A DNA stretch of 64,000 nucleotides, from positions 2,656,001-2,720,000 of the forward strand of contig CAWJSJ010000002.1 in assembly GCA_963845565.1 (NCBI GenBank). Direction: 5' to 3'. Below the pieces are notes generated by a model that saw nothing but the letters and a program-made list of their open reading frames with translations, had not been told where the DNA came from and made no database searches. The translations under genes and the position numbers were made by a program. Shown piece after piece: positions 52,374 through 61,466 of this stretch; position 1 is the first letter of the stretch, and each line of letters starts with the position of its first letter. This stretch comes from an uncultured Methylomirabilota bacterium. Lineage in GTDB: Bacteria; Methylomirabilota; Methylomirabilia; Methylomirabilales; 2-02-FULL-66-22.

Positions 52374-53168
52374 TCAGGGCGGTGGGGCGCTCGGATCGGC
52401 AGGGCACATCAGGAGCCGCTGCTCTTCGGTATCCCAGATCACCATGGTGCGGCACGGCGAGTCCAGATCGTCGCCGAGACAGACGAAGCGGGTGCCTTCG
52501 ATGACGACGTCGTGCGGGCGATGAAAGTGGCCGAACACCCACACCCGCGGCGTGTAGGCGAGGTCGCACCAGAGCCGGCTCAGCTCCACTTCGCCGCGGT
52601 CGTGCTCCGGCCCGGGATCGAACCCCGCCCCCCGGATGTGCTCCGCGACGCCGGGTTCCAGCGCGGGCGCGCCGTGCAGCCCGATCCCGATCCGCGACGG
52701 GCAGGAATGGGTCACGATGAGTTGCGGCCGATGCCGGTTGAACAGCGCGGTGGCGTGCTCCCGGTTGCGCCGCAAGATGTAGTTGGGGAAACCGCTCAGC
52801 CAGTTATGCTTCTGCGGACGGTCCACATGCAAGGCGCCGCCCAGGAAGCCCACCATCGAGGCGCCGAGGGGTGTAACCGACGGACGGGGTTGATAGACCA
52901 GATTCTGCTCGCGCTTCCAGACGCGGCCGGCGCCGGTGAGCAGGGCCCGGCGCAGCCAGCGGTGGTCCTCGTGGTTGCCGTCGATCACGTGCAGGGGGAC
53001 CGGATACCGAACGGTGTCCTCGCGAGCGCGGCCCAGGCGGTCCCGGTAGAATCCGAAATCCCCGACCTGGATGGCGGCCTCGACCCGAAAATCCACCTGG
53101 GCCTGCCGCAGGATCTCGGCCAGCCGCCGATGCCGACCATGCACGTCGCCGACCACGAGCACGCGCAT
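52374..53168 (-). CDS. Calcineurin-like metallophosphoesterase
   Basis: GDVHG, GDFG, GNHE, THS and GHFH motifs; 4 bp downstream of the nucleotidyltransferase gene. Confidence 0.9.
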   Translation of the reverse strand: MRVLVVGDVHGRHRRLAEILRQAQVDFRVEAAIQVGDFGFYRDRLGRAREDTVRYPVPLHVIDGNHEDHRWLRRALLTGAGRVWKREQNLVYQPRPSVTPLGASMVGFLGGALHVDRPQKHNWLSGFPNYILRRNREHATALFNRHRPQLIVTHSCPSRIGIGLHGAPALEPGVAEHIRGAGFDPGPEHDRGEVELSRLWCDLAYTPRVWVFGHFHRPHDVVIEGTRFVCLGDDLDSPCRTMVIWDTEEQRLLMCPADPSAPPP

Positions 53169-53172
53169 GGGC

Positions 53173-55695
53173 TCAGACCGTCCGCGCGAAATCGGTCTCC
53201 AGGCGGGCCTGGAACACGGTGATGTCCGCGAAGACCTTCTTCAGCACCGACCGTTCAAGCTGGGTCAACGTCTGCAAGTCGATGGCGTTGTCCGGGACGA
53301 GGCCGTGGTTGATCTGGGCCGCCTGGTGCGTCAGCCGCATCTGCATCAGGGTGGTGTAGGCCTGGACCAGCTCGTCGTGGCTGGATGGCAGCAGCACGCC
53401 CTGATCCCGCAGGTGCCGCAGCCGCTCGAGGGTGTTCGTCTCCGCCAGGCGGTGCTGCAGGGCATACATCCGTGCAAAGTTCACCAGCGGGATGATGGCC
53501 GTCTTGATGTTGAAAGCGGCGGAGCGTTCGCCGGACGATTCCAGCTGGATGGTTCCGAAGAAGCCGCGGGGCGGCTTGAATTGCAGGGTGCTCTGGGCCA
53601 GGTGGAAGAAAAAGACGTGTCTGCCGTCGTCGTCCAGGGCGCCGTGCAGGTGGCGACGCAGCTCCCGCACGTAATCGGCCTGGCCGTAGGCGCAGCGGAA
53701 ATCGAAGAACACGTTGACGTCCAGCAGGTCCTGGGGCCGCGCCGCCGCCACGCACTCGGTGAAGTACCGCCGCCACGCGGACAGGGGTTGACACCACTTG
53801 GGGTTGGAGGCCATCACGTCCCCCTTGCAGCGTCGGTAGCCCACCAGATCCAGCCAGCCGCAGACCGTGTCACCGAGCCGCAAGAAATACGCCTGGGCCG
53901 CCGCGGTCCGCTCCGGGTCGCCGTCGGAAAAAATGATGGCGTTGTCCTGGTCGGTGGCCAGGGTTTGCTCCTCCCGCGCCTCGCTGCCCAGCACGACGAA
54001 GGCGAAGGCGACCGGGGGTGGGCCGAGGTCGGCTTCGGCCAACTCGATGAGCCGCACCAGGATGGCATCGGACACGGTGGTCATGATCCGGGTGACGCTC
54101 TCGACCCGGGCGCCGCTCTCCAGGAGTGCCTTGACGAACACCGGAAGCTTGGCGCGGCTGTCCTTCAATTCCTCGGGGGACCGCGCCTCCTGGATCTCGC
54201 CGAGCAATGCCGCGATCGCGTGTCGTTGCGCATGGAGGATCTCCGTGCCGATCAGGACCCCCAGCGTGGCGCCGCGCTCGTCGGTGACCACCAGATGCTG
54301 TATCCCGTGTTCCTGCATCAGGAGCGCGGCTTCGAACAGCAGCGCGTGATCGGCGATGCGCACCAGAGGGGCGCTCATGATGGTGGAGACGGGCTGGACG
54401 GCGTCGCGCGCCAAGGCCAGCACGCGGTTGCGCAGGTCCTGGTCGGTGACCATGCCGATCGGCTCGCCGCCCGGGCCGGTGACCAGGATGGCGCTGCTCT
54501 TCGCGCGCGCCATGGTTGCCACCGCTTTGTGGATCGGCGTGTCCAGCCCGCAGGTCACCAACGTCAGCGGCATGGACTTGATGGAGCGCGTGGCCAGCGG
54601 CAGCATGCTCTGCAGGTCGGCGACCAGACGAGCGAGCGTCTCCTCGGTCTGTTTGCGGGTCGCCACATCCCGGATGGAGAGGATCTGGCCGGGCCGATCC
54701 CCGATCCGGACGGGGCCGACCGTGAGGAGGACATCGGTCACCTCGCCGTTCTTGTGGAGGAGCTGGGCGCGCCGCTCCGTGGCCGGCTCGGTCGGGCTTC
54801 CGTTGGGGAGCGAGGCGATGATCTTCTCCAGCGGCAGTTGGGCCAGTTCCTGTTCCGTGTACCCCAGGCGGTTCCGCAGGGTTGTGTTCGCATAGACGGG
54901 GCGCTCCTGCATCACCAGCAGGATGCTCTCGGTGGTGCCCTCCACCAGCAGCCGATACTTTTCTTCCGAGCCGCGCAACGCCGTTTCCGCGCGCCACCGA
55001 CGGCGCTCGAGGTTCAGCCCCTGCTTGGCGATGTACGCCAGGAGCCCGGCGATGACGACGGAGATCCCGACGGACACCTGCAGGGCGCGGCGGATGATCG
55101 CGTTGATCTCCGCGCGCACGTCTTCCATGTAGATGCCGGTCCCCACCACCCAGCCCCAGGGCGCGAAGCCTTTGACGTAGGACAGCTTGGGCACCACGCG
55201 CGTCTCATCGTCCTTCCACTGCCAGAGATACTCGACGTAGCCGTCGCCGCGCTCCCGGACGGTCTGGGCAAATTCGACGAACAGCTTCTTGCCCGCCGGG
55301 TCGGCATAATCCGAGAGACTCTGTCCGTCCAAATCCGGGCGGTAGGGGTGCATCACCATCCGGGGGCTGAGGTCCTGGATCCAGAAGTAGTCCTTGCCGT
55401 CGTCCCCGAAACGCAGATGTCGGACCCGCGCCGCCGCCGCCTGCTGGGCGGCCGCCCGGCTGAGCGTCCCGCGCTGCTCCTCTGCGTGGAGGGCGGCGAG
55501 ATCGCTCCAGGCGGCCTGGGTGAGCTCGCGGAGCATCTCCTTCTTCCGCTCGACGATGTTCTTCTTCATCGTCGGGATGATGACCGCAAAGATCAGGACC
55601 AGAAACAGCGTGAAGGTGAGGATGGCGGGGGAGATGATGTTGACGGCGAAGTGCCGCCAATGCGGTCGCGGGTACGGCGCCCGGTTACCGTCCAT
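53173..55695 (-). CDS. Membrane sensor nucleotidyltransferase: TM-sCache-TM-PAS-like-CBS pair-DUF294/DUF294_C
   Basis: YFWIQD..MVMHPY..PKLSYV..WGWVVGTGIY (single Cache), SEEKYRLLVE (PAS entry), IGMVTDQDLR..IMSAPL (CBS), LGSEAREEQTLATDQDNA and CKGDVMASNPKWC, FFDFR (DUF294). Confidence 0.88.
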   Translation of the reverse strand: MDGNRAPYPRPHWRHFAVNIISPAILTFTLFLVLIFAVIIPTMKKNIVERKKEMLRELTQAAWSDLAALHAEEQRGTLSRAAAQQAAAARVRHLRFGDDGKDYFWIQDLSPRMVMHPYRPDLDGQSLSDYADPAGKKLFVEFAQTVRERGDGYVEYLWQWKDDETRVVPKLSYVKGFAPWGWVVGTGIYMEDVRAEINAIIRRALQVSVGISVVIAGLLAYIAKQGLNLERRRWRAETALRGSEEKYRLLVEGTTESILLVMQERPVYANTTLRNRLGYTEQELAQLPLEKIIASLPNGSPTEPATERRAQLLHKNGEVTDVLLTVGPVRIGDRPGQILSIRDVATRKQTEETLARLVADLQSMLPLATRSIKSMPLTLVTCGLDTPIHKAVATMARAKSSAILVTGPGGEPIGMVTDQDLRNRVLALARDAVQPVSTIMSAPLVRIADHALLFEAALLMQEHGIQHLVVTDERGATLGVLIGTEILHAQRHAIAALLGEIQEARSPEELKDSRAKLPVFVKALLESGARVESVTRIMTTVSDAILVRLIELAEADLGPPPVAFAFVVLGSEAREEQTLATDQDNAIIFSDGDPERTAAAQAYFLRLGDTVCGWLDLVGYRRCKGDVMASNPKWCQPLSAWRRYFTECVAAARPQDLLDVNVFFDFRCAYGQADYVRELRRHLHGALDDDGRHVFFFHLAQSTLQFKPPRGFFGTIQLESSGERSAAFNIKTAIIPLVNFARMYALQHRLAETNTLERLRHLRDQGVLLPSSHDELVQAYTTLMQMRLTHQAAQINHGLVPDNAIDLQTLTQLERSVLKKVFADITVFQARLETDFARTV

Positions 55696-55769
55696 GGGCT
55701 ACCGGCGGGACGAAGGGTTCCCGTCGGTGCGCCGCGACGCAGGTGCGCGACGATCTCATGAAGTCCTCC

Positions 55770-57404
55770 TTATTTGGAGAAGACCGGATCTTCCCTGGTG
55801 ATGATCTCCAGGAGCGCGGGGCGGCCACCGTCGGCGGCCTGCAGGGCGCGCTTCGTCGCGGGAATGATCTCGGCCGGCTTCTCCACCCTTTCGGCGTAGG
55901 CCCCCAGCCCCGCTGCCACCGTGGCGTAGTCGCCGGACAGGAAGCGGGTCCCGTACCGCTCCGTGGCGATGGGGATGTGCTTGTCGTAACCACCCATGCA
56001 GGAGTTGTTCAGGAGCACGGTCACGGTGCCGATCTTGTTTCGGACGGCCGTCTCCAGATCCATGCCGCACTGCCCAAAGGCGGCGTCGCCCAGCACGTGG
56101 AGGACGGTTGCGTCCGGCCTGGCCACCTTGGCCCCCAGGGCGAGGGGGAGGCTGTAGCCAAGATGGGTGGAGCGGCCCCACCCGATGTAGCTGTTGGGCG
56201 TCCGCGCCGTCCAGAAGGGGGTCATCTGATCGCGGGGGTTGCCGGCGTCGTGCGTCACGATCACGTCGCGCTGCGCCACCGCCTGCTGCAGATCCCAGAC
56301 CACCCGATAGGGGTTGATGGGCACCTCGGCGGACGTGAGCCGCGGCATCCATTCGGCCAGCCACTCGGTCTTGATGGTGCGAATCTGCCGGGCGGTCCGG
56401 TCGTCGCCCTTCCGGCCGTCGGGGCCCAGGAGCCGCTTGGCTTCCTCGATCATCTGTCGGAGCGTCAGCTTGGCGTCGCCCACCAGGAGGTGCTGGGCGA
56501 CGTAGTCCTTGTTCAGGTCTTTGTCGTCCACGGTGAGCTGGATACCCACCTTGCCCTTCGGGATCGGGGCCGCGAAGCTGGAGATCGAGAGGCTCGCGCC
56601 GGCGCCGAAGACGAGATCGGCGTCGGCCAGGAACCGGGACACAGCCCGCGGCCAGGCCATCCCGCCGCTACCGATGGACAGCGGGTGATCCTCGGGGAAG
56701 GCGCTCTTTCCGGACAAGGTGGTCATGACGGGCGCCTGGAGCAGTTCGGCCAGCTCCACGAGTTCGGCGGACGCCTCGGCGTACAGGGTCCCGAGGCCCG
56801 CGTGGATGAGGGGGCACCGGGCGGCGACCATGGCGGTGACAGCGGCCGCGACATCAGCTGGCGCTGCCATGGAACGCGTCCCCCGGACAGGCTGGTAGTG
56901 GGTCGCCGCCTCGTCCGCATCGGACAGCATCACGTCCCAGGGCAACTCCAGGGCCACCGGTCCGGGTCGTCCGGTCCGCAAGTAGGTGAAGGCCCGCCGC
57001 AGGAACTCCGGGACCCGCTCGGTGCGATTGACCCGGGCGACCCATTTGGTGATGTGCTGGAAATTGAGGACCGCGTCGAAGTTCGGCCGGACGCCCGTCC
57101 GCGTCTCCGGCGCGCCGCCCGGCAGGCAGAGGATCGGCGTGGAATCGGAGAAGGCCTGCGCGATCCCCCCGAAGGCGTTCTCGGTCCCGGGGCCGTACTG
57201 CATGGTGCAGACGCCGATCTTCCGTCCGTTGGTCACTCGGGTATACCCGTCCGCCATGCCCACCACGGTGCGCTCGGTCCGCGCCATGATGGGACGGATG
57301 CCCAGTTCGGCGCAGGCGTCGATCACCTGGTGGATGGGAAAGCAGAAGAGGTGCTCGACCCCTTCTCGCTGCAAGATCCTCGCAACCGCCGCCGCTGCTT
57401 TCAT
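55770..57404 (-). CDS. Thiamine pyrophosphate-dependent enzyme (acetolactate synthase-like superfamily)
   Basis: RTERTVVGMADGY, GPG, GRPGPVALELP, GDAAF...LNN TPP-binding motif. Confidence 0.9.
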   Translation of the reverse strand: MKAAAAVARILQREGVEHLFCFPIHQVIDACAELGIRPIMARTERTVVGMADGYTRVTNGRKIGVCTMQYGPGTENAFGGIAQAFSDSTPILCLPGGAPETRTGVRPNFDAVLNFQHITKWVARVNRTERVPEFLRRAFTYLRTGRPGPVALELPWDVMLSDADEAATHYQPVRGTRSMAAPADVAAAVTAMVAARCPLIHAGLGTLYAEASAELVELAELLQAPVMTTLSGKSAFPEDHPLSIGSGGMAWPRAVSRFLADADLVFGAGASLSISSFAAPIPKGKVGIQLTVDDKDLNKDYVAQHLLVGDAKLTLRQMIEEAKRLLGPDGRKGDDRTARQIRTIKTEWLAEWMPRLTSAEVPINPYRVVWDLQQAVAQRDVIVTHDAGNPRDQMTPFWTARTPNSYIGWGRSTHLGYSLPLALGAKVARPDATVLHVLGDAAFGQCGMDLETAVRNKIGTVTVLLNNSCMGGYDKHIPIATERYGTRFLSGDYATVAAGLGAYAERVEKPAEIIPATKRALQAADGGRPALLEIITREDPVFSK

Positions 57405-57427
57405 CCGACGCCTCCCAAGATTTCCCT

Positions 57428-57464
57428 ACTCAATAACTCAACAACTCAATAACTCAACAACTCA
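57428..57464. repeat. Octamer tandem repeat (ACTCAAYA), about 4.6 copies
   Basis: ACTCAATA ACTCAACA ACTCAATA ACTCAACA ACTCA in the FTCD-TPP intergenic gap. Confidence 0.9.
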
Positions 57465-57480
57465 CCCACTCGGTCCGCCG

Positions 57481-59334
57481 TCATCGCGCCGCGTCGATCA
57501 TTTCGACCAGGCGGCGGTCCACGTGCTGCGTGACCTGAGCCAAGAGCGCGTGCGCGTCCTCCAGGAGCGACCCGCACGAGTTCCGCATGTCTCGCACGAA
57601 GGCGGTATCCGTGATGTCCTTCAAGTTAATGAGAACGTTCCAAATTGCCCCCCGGACCCCCGCGTAGCCTATCTGCGCGCCGACAGCTCCGTCGGTGAGA
57701 GAATTGACGTTACCGTGCTCGACGACGGCCCAGGCGGACTGCATCGCTACGAAGCTGGCCAGCGCCGTCTGGTACGGAACGTTGACCGCCCGCTTCAACC
57801 CGAGCTGCATGCTGGCCTCGCGATGCGCCTGCTCCTCGGGGGTGTTGGCGGCGAGCCGCCGCGCTTCCATATAGGCGGTGAAGGCGTTGGTGTCTTCGTC
57901 CACTGCGAGGATGAGCTGCTCCTTCACCCGCTGTGCGGCCTCCGCGGCTTCGAGCAGCGCCGCGGCGGTGGCGGGAGACTCGACCTTGTCCTGCCACAGG
58001 TTGGCCACCATGGACGCCAGCGCCGCGGCCAGGGCGCCTGCCAGCGCCGCCACCGATCCGCCGCCCGGCGCTGGCGTATCCCGGGAGACTTCGTCGGTGA
58101 AGTTCCGGACCGACATCGCGGCGAGGCCGTTGGCGAACTCCCGCGGCAAGCCGATCACCTTCTTCGCGAGGTCGAAGGGCGCGATGTCCGACAGGCCCAT
58201 GGAGAACGCCGCGGCCTGCAGGATGTCGGGTATCGGAACGAAGGGGGACTTGCCCTGGGCCTTGAGGTAATACCGGCCGGCCTCCAGGAGGGCAGGGTAG
58301 GGGATCAGACCCACGACCTCGCTCCCCGTCACGACGAGCCCGCGCTGGACAGCGAGCCGTCGAGCTTCTTCCAGGACCAGGTGCGGCGGCGTGGTCTTGT
58401 AGTTGGTGAGGTTGATGGAGATCTGCGCCCGCTTGTACTCGTCCACGTACCAGCCGATCGCCTTGCAGTGGGTGAACTTCCCCGCCCGGTAGACCTTGCG
58501 CCCCTCCAACAGATGCGACGGATCGATGTCGTTCAGGCGCAGGAGGTTCTCCAGGTCGTAGCCGTGCGCCTCGCGGCAGTGGCCGACCGTCTCGGCGAAT
58601 GTCCCGCCGACGAATTCGCAGTTCCCGCACGGGTAGGCGTTCTCGCGGTAGATGAGGATCCTTCCCCGGGAATAATTGGACGATGGCGTCGCGGCACGCG
58701 CCACGCGGCCCTTCTCGCGCAGCTCGAACGCGATGTCGGTCGCCAGCGCCTTGTCGCGGGTGTTGAGCGTCACGTTGTAGGCGATCAGGAACTCGCGGGC
58801 GCCGATGACGGTGGCCCCGGCCTTCGGGTTGAACCGGGCCGGGCCGAAATCCGGCGCCCAGTCGGGGTCGCGGAGCTTTTCGGCCAGCCCTTCGTACTCG
58901 CCGCGCCGAATGCCTGCCAGATTCTTTCGCGCGGGCCGAGTCGCCGCCGCTTCGTAGAGGTACACGGGGATCTCGAGTTCGCGGCCGACCCGCTCGCCGA
59001 CCGTCCGCGCGAGCGCGGCGCAGTCGTCCATCGTGAGGCCGGCGATCGGGATGAACGGGCACACGTCGGTGGCGCCCATCCGCGGGTGGGCGCCGTGGTG
59101 CTGGCCCATGTCGAGGACCTGCGCTGCCTTGGCGATCGCCTGGAATGCTCCCTCGGCCACGGCGTCTGGGTCCCCCACGAAGGTGACCACCGTGCGGTTG
59201 GTGTCCGCCCCCGGGTCCACGTCGAGCAAGCGCACACCCGGGACGGCCTCGATGGCGTCCGTGATCTGCTTGATCTTGGCTCGGTCCCGCCCTTCGGAGA
59301 AATTCGGAACGCACTCGACGACGCGCTGATCCAT
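57481..59334 (-). CDS. ftcD: Bifunctional glutamate formimidoyltransferase / formiminotetrahydrofolate cyclodeaminase
   Basis: VECVPNFSEG, NRTVVT, HPRMGATDVCPF, IRRGEYEG, LIAYN; cyclodeaminase PAPGGGSVAAL, NVLINL. Confidence 0.93.
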   Translation of the reverse strand: MDQRVVECVPNFSEGRDRAKIKQITDAIEAVPGVRLLDVDPGADTNRTVVTFVGDPDAVAEGAFQAIAKAAQVLDMGQHHGAHPRMGATDVCPFIPIAGLTMDDCAALARTVGERVGRELEIPVYLYEAAATRPARKNLAGIRRGEYEGLAEKLRDPDWAPDFGPARFNPKAGATVIGAREFLIAYNVTLNTRDKALATDIAFELREKGRVARAATPSSNYSRGRILIYRENAYPCGNCEFVGGTFAETVGHCREAHGYDLENLLRLNDIDPSHLLEGRKVYRAGKFTHCKAIGWYVDEYKRAQISINLTNYKTTPPHLVLEEARRLAVQRGLVVTGSEVVGLIPYPALLEAGRYYLKAQGKSPFVPIPDILQAAAFSMGLSDIAPFDLAKKVIGLPREFANGLAAMSVRNFTDEVSRDTPAPGGGSVAALAGALAAALASMVANLWQDKVESPATAAALLEAAEAAQRVKEQLILAVDEDTNAFTAYMEARRLAANTPEEQAHREASMQLGLKRAVNVPYQTALASFVAMQSAWAVVEHGNVNSLTDGAVGAQIGYAGVRGAIWNVLINLKDITDTAFVRDMRNSCGSLLEDAHALLAQVTQHVDRRLVEMIDAAR

Positions 59335-59488
59335 CCTCGGACTCCCTCCGTGTCGGCAAAAGGTTTCCGCCGTGCGTGCGCGCATCCGGCGGCGTCCGGG
59401 AGCATGACGCAGAGGGTCGGAGGCTGTCAAGGGAAAGGGAAACGCCCAGCCGGATGGCATGCCTTGATAGGCAACCAACACCTATTGC

Positions 59489-59917
59489 CTAGCCGCCAAC
59501 GAGCAGCATCCTGCGGAAGGCGGCGGGCGAAACGATGGGGATGTCGCGGAATTGCCCGAGGTCGAGGAGATCGCGGTCTCCGGTGACGATGCAATCGGCC
59601 TGGCCCTCGACGGCGCAGGAGAGAATGGGATTGTCCTTGGGATCGCGGAGTACGGCCGACACCGTGTGCCTTTCCGTGACGACGACGGCGCGGACGGACA
59701 GAAGATCGAGGAGGCCCTGCACGTCGTGGGGATCGAGAGAGTACCTGCGGGCAATCTTTGGAAGGTGGAGCACGCGGTCGAGCTCGGAAAGAATGGTGGG
59801 ACCGATGACCAGATCGAACCGCCGCTCGCGCCACGCGGTCAGGATTTCGGCGGGTGCCCCCGCACTGAGGATGGCGCCGCTGACGAGAACGTTGGTGTCG
59901 AGGACCGCCCTACGCAC
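59489..59917 (-). CDS. PIN-domain toxin (PIN_3 type)
   Basis: AVLDTNVLVS, ELDRVL, RDPKDN, IVTGDRDLL; overlaps antitoxin stop. Confidence 0.9.
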   Translation of the reverse strand: MRRAVLDTNVLVSGAILSAGAPAEILTAWRERRFDLVIGPTILSELDRVLHLPKIARRYSLDPHDVQGLLDLLSVRAVVVTERHTVSAVLRDPKDNPILSCAVEGQADCIVTGDRDLLDLGQFRDIPIVSPAAFRRMLLVGG

Positions 59918-60206
59918 GCTTCCGGCTCTTGGTGCGGGGAGCGGCACGGACCTCCTCGACCGCCGCCGCAACATCGCTCTCGACCTGCTCGGGGTCCTTC
60001 TCCCGGTTCCGATTCCGGATCCGGTCCAGGACGGCGAACGGCTCATCCCATGCCCGGGCCAATCGCTCGTACCGCTCCATGTCGATCACGGCGGCCACCG
60101 GTTTGCCCGCCTTTTCGACGATGACGGTGTCTTTCCCGAAATGAACCTGGCCGAGGATCTCCGCGAACCGGTCGCGGGCCTCCTTGGCCGACAGACGCTT
60201 GACCAC
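59910..60206 (-). CDS. Phd/YefM family antitoxin
   Basis: SAKEARDRFAEIL...VIVEKAGKPVAAVI; GGAGG SD. Confidence 0.9.
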   Translation of the reverse strand: MVKRLSAKEARDRFAEILGQVHFGKDTVIVEKAGKPVAAVIDMERYERLARAWDEPFAVLDRIRNRNREKDPEQVESDVAAAVEEVRAAPRTKSRKRA

Positions 60207-60232
60207 GGCGCACCTCCCTCACGAACGATCCG

Positions 60233-60273
60233 AGGTTATGCCACGGGAGCCGGAATGTCAAGAATGTACATTC
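60233..60273 (-). promoter_or_regulatory. Toxin-antitoxin promoter with adjacent palindromic operator
   Basis: TTGACA-N17-TAACCT on the minus strand; perfect palindrome GAATGTACATTC (60262-60273) abutting the -35. Confidence 0.72.
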
Positions 60274-60339
60274 GCGCTTACCTGGAAAGCAGAATCGGTT
60301 CCCGATTGCGCACGGCCATAGTTCGGTGCCCGAGCGCGC

Positions 60340-61204
60340 TCACGAGTCACGGTCACGGCCCGTCTCCACGATCCAGAGCGCCGCACCGATCAGTCCCAGG
60401 GCGAGCAGCGTGCGGGCCAGGTGCCCGCCCGATGGCAGCGATTCGAAGACGACCCACGAGACCAGGATGGCGAGTGGGACCTTGGCGTTGTTGAGGACGG
60501 CCACCGTGCCGTCGCTGGTGCGCCGCGCCCCGGCGTTCCAGAGGAAGAAGGCGACTCCGGATGGAATGAGTCCGAGGTAGAGGATGGTCGCCACCTGGCC
60601 GCCGCTGAGCCCTGCGAGGGCGCCGAGCATCCCGGTGCCCATGCCGACCGGGATGGCGGCGAGCAGGGTTCCTCCCAGGTAGAGTGCGGCGAAGATCTCG
60701 CGATCCCGGAGGTCGGAGGTCATGGGCACGAGGCGCCGATACCAGACCTGTCCGACGGCGAAACAGAGGTTGGACACCTGCACCAGGCCGACGCCGACCA
60801 GCGCTACCCCGGTGACGCTGGGAGAGACCAGCCACGCCGCCAGGACACTCAGACCGGCGGCGGTGAGGTTGCGGCGGCGAAACGTGCCGGCGATCGCATC
60901 GGCGAGCACCGCCACGTAGACGGGGGTGAAGATTGTCCAGAGCGCCACCTCGGATGCCTTCAGGTGGGCGAAGGATGCCAGGTAGGCCAGGTACATCAGC
61001 GCCGTACTGCACCGCGCCGATGGTTACCAGGAGGGCGAGGGTGCGCCGTTCGAGGCGCCTCGGCCGAAACCAGGGGACGAAGAGGAGGGCTGACAGCACC
61101 AAGCGGAGGAGTGCCACCAGGTGCGGCGGCACCCCGGCCAGCTGGGTCTTGATGAGGCCGAAGGAGAAGGCCCAGATGAGCGAAGCGGCGAGCAGGGCCG
61201 ACAT
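60340..61204 (-). CDS. EamA/DMT transporter with a +1 frameshift near 61000
   Basis: MSALLAASLIWAFSFGLIK..GAVQYG in one frame continues LMYLAY..FTPVYV..FFLWNAGA in another; span 865 = 3n+1. Confidence 0.82.
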
Positions 61205-61300
61205 GATTGATCCCAGGCGACCCCACGGTCGGGGTCAGGGCGCGGTGCCGAGAGTTGCGCGAAGCAAGCCTGGCCGGATGTGAACAGGCGCGCGATTCCC

Positions 61301-61466
61301 CAGGCGGCTCAAAAAGGTCCAGATGCCAGGCGGCGCGACCCATCCTGTGGATGGGTGCCCGGGGCCGAGTGAGGCGTACTCCATGTACGCCGCAACGAGT
61401 GCCCGCGCACGCGGGGTACCCGTCCGGAGGATGGGTCACCGCAGATGGGCGTTTTTCAGCCGCGTG
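61301..61466. mobile_element. MITE-like structured non-coding element
   Basis: Imperfect 26-bp terminal inverted repeats (20/26), nested internal hairpins, right end abuts the AOR-family gene TAA stop. Confidence 0.65.
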
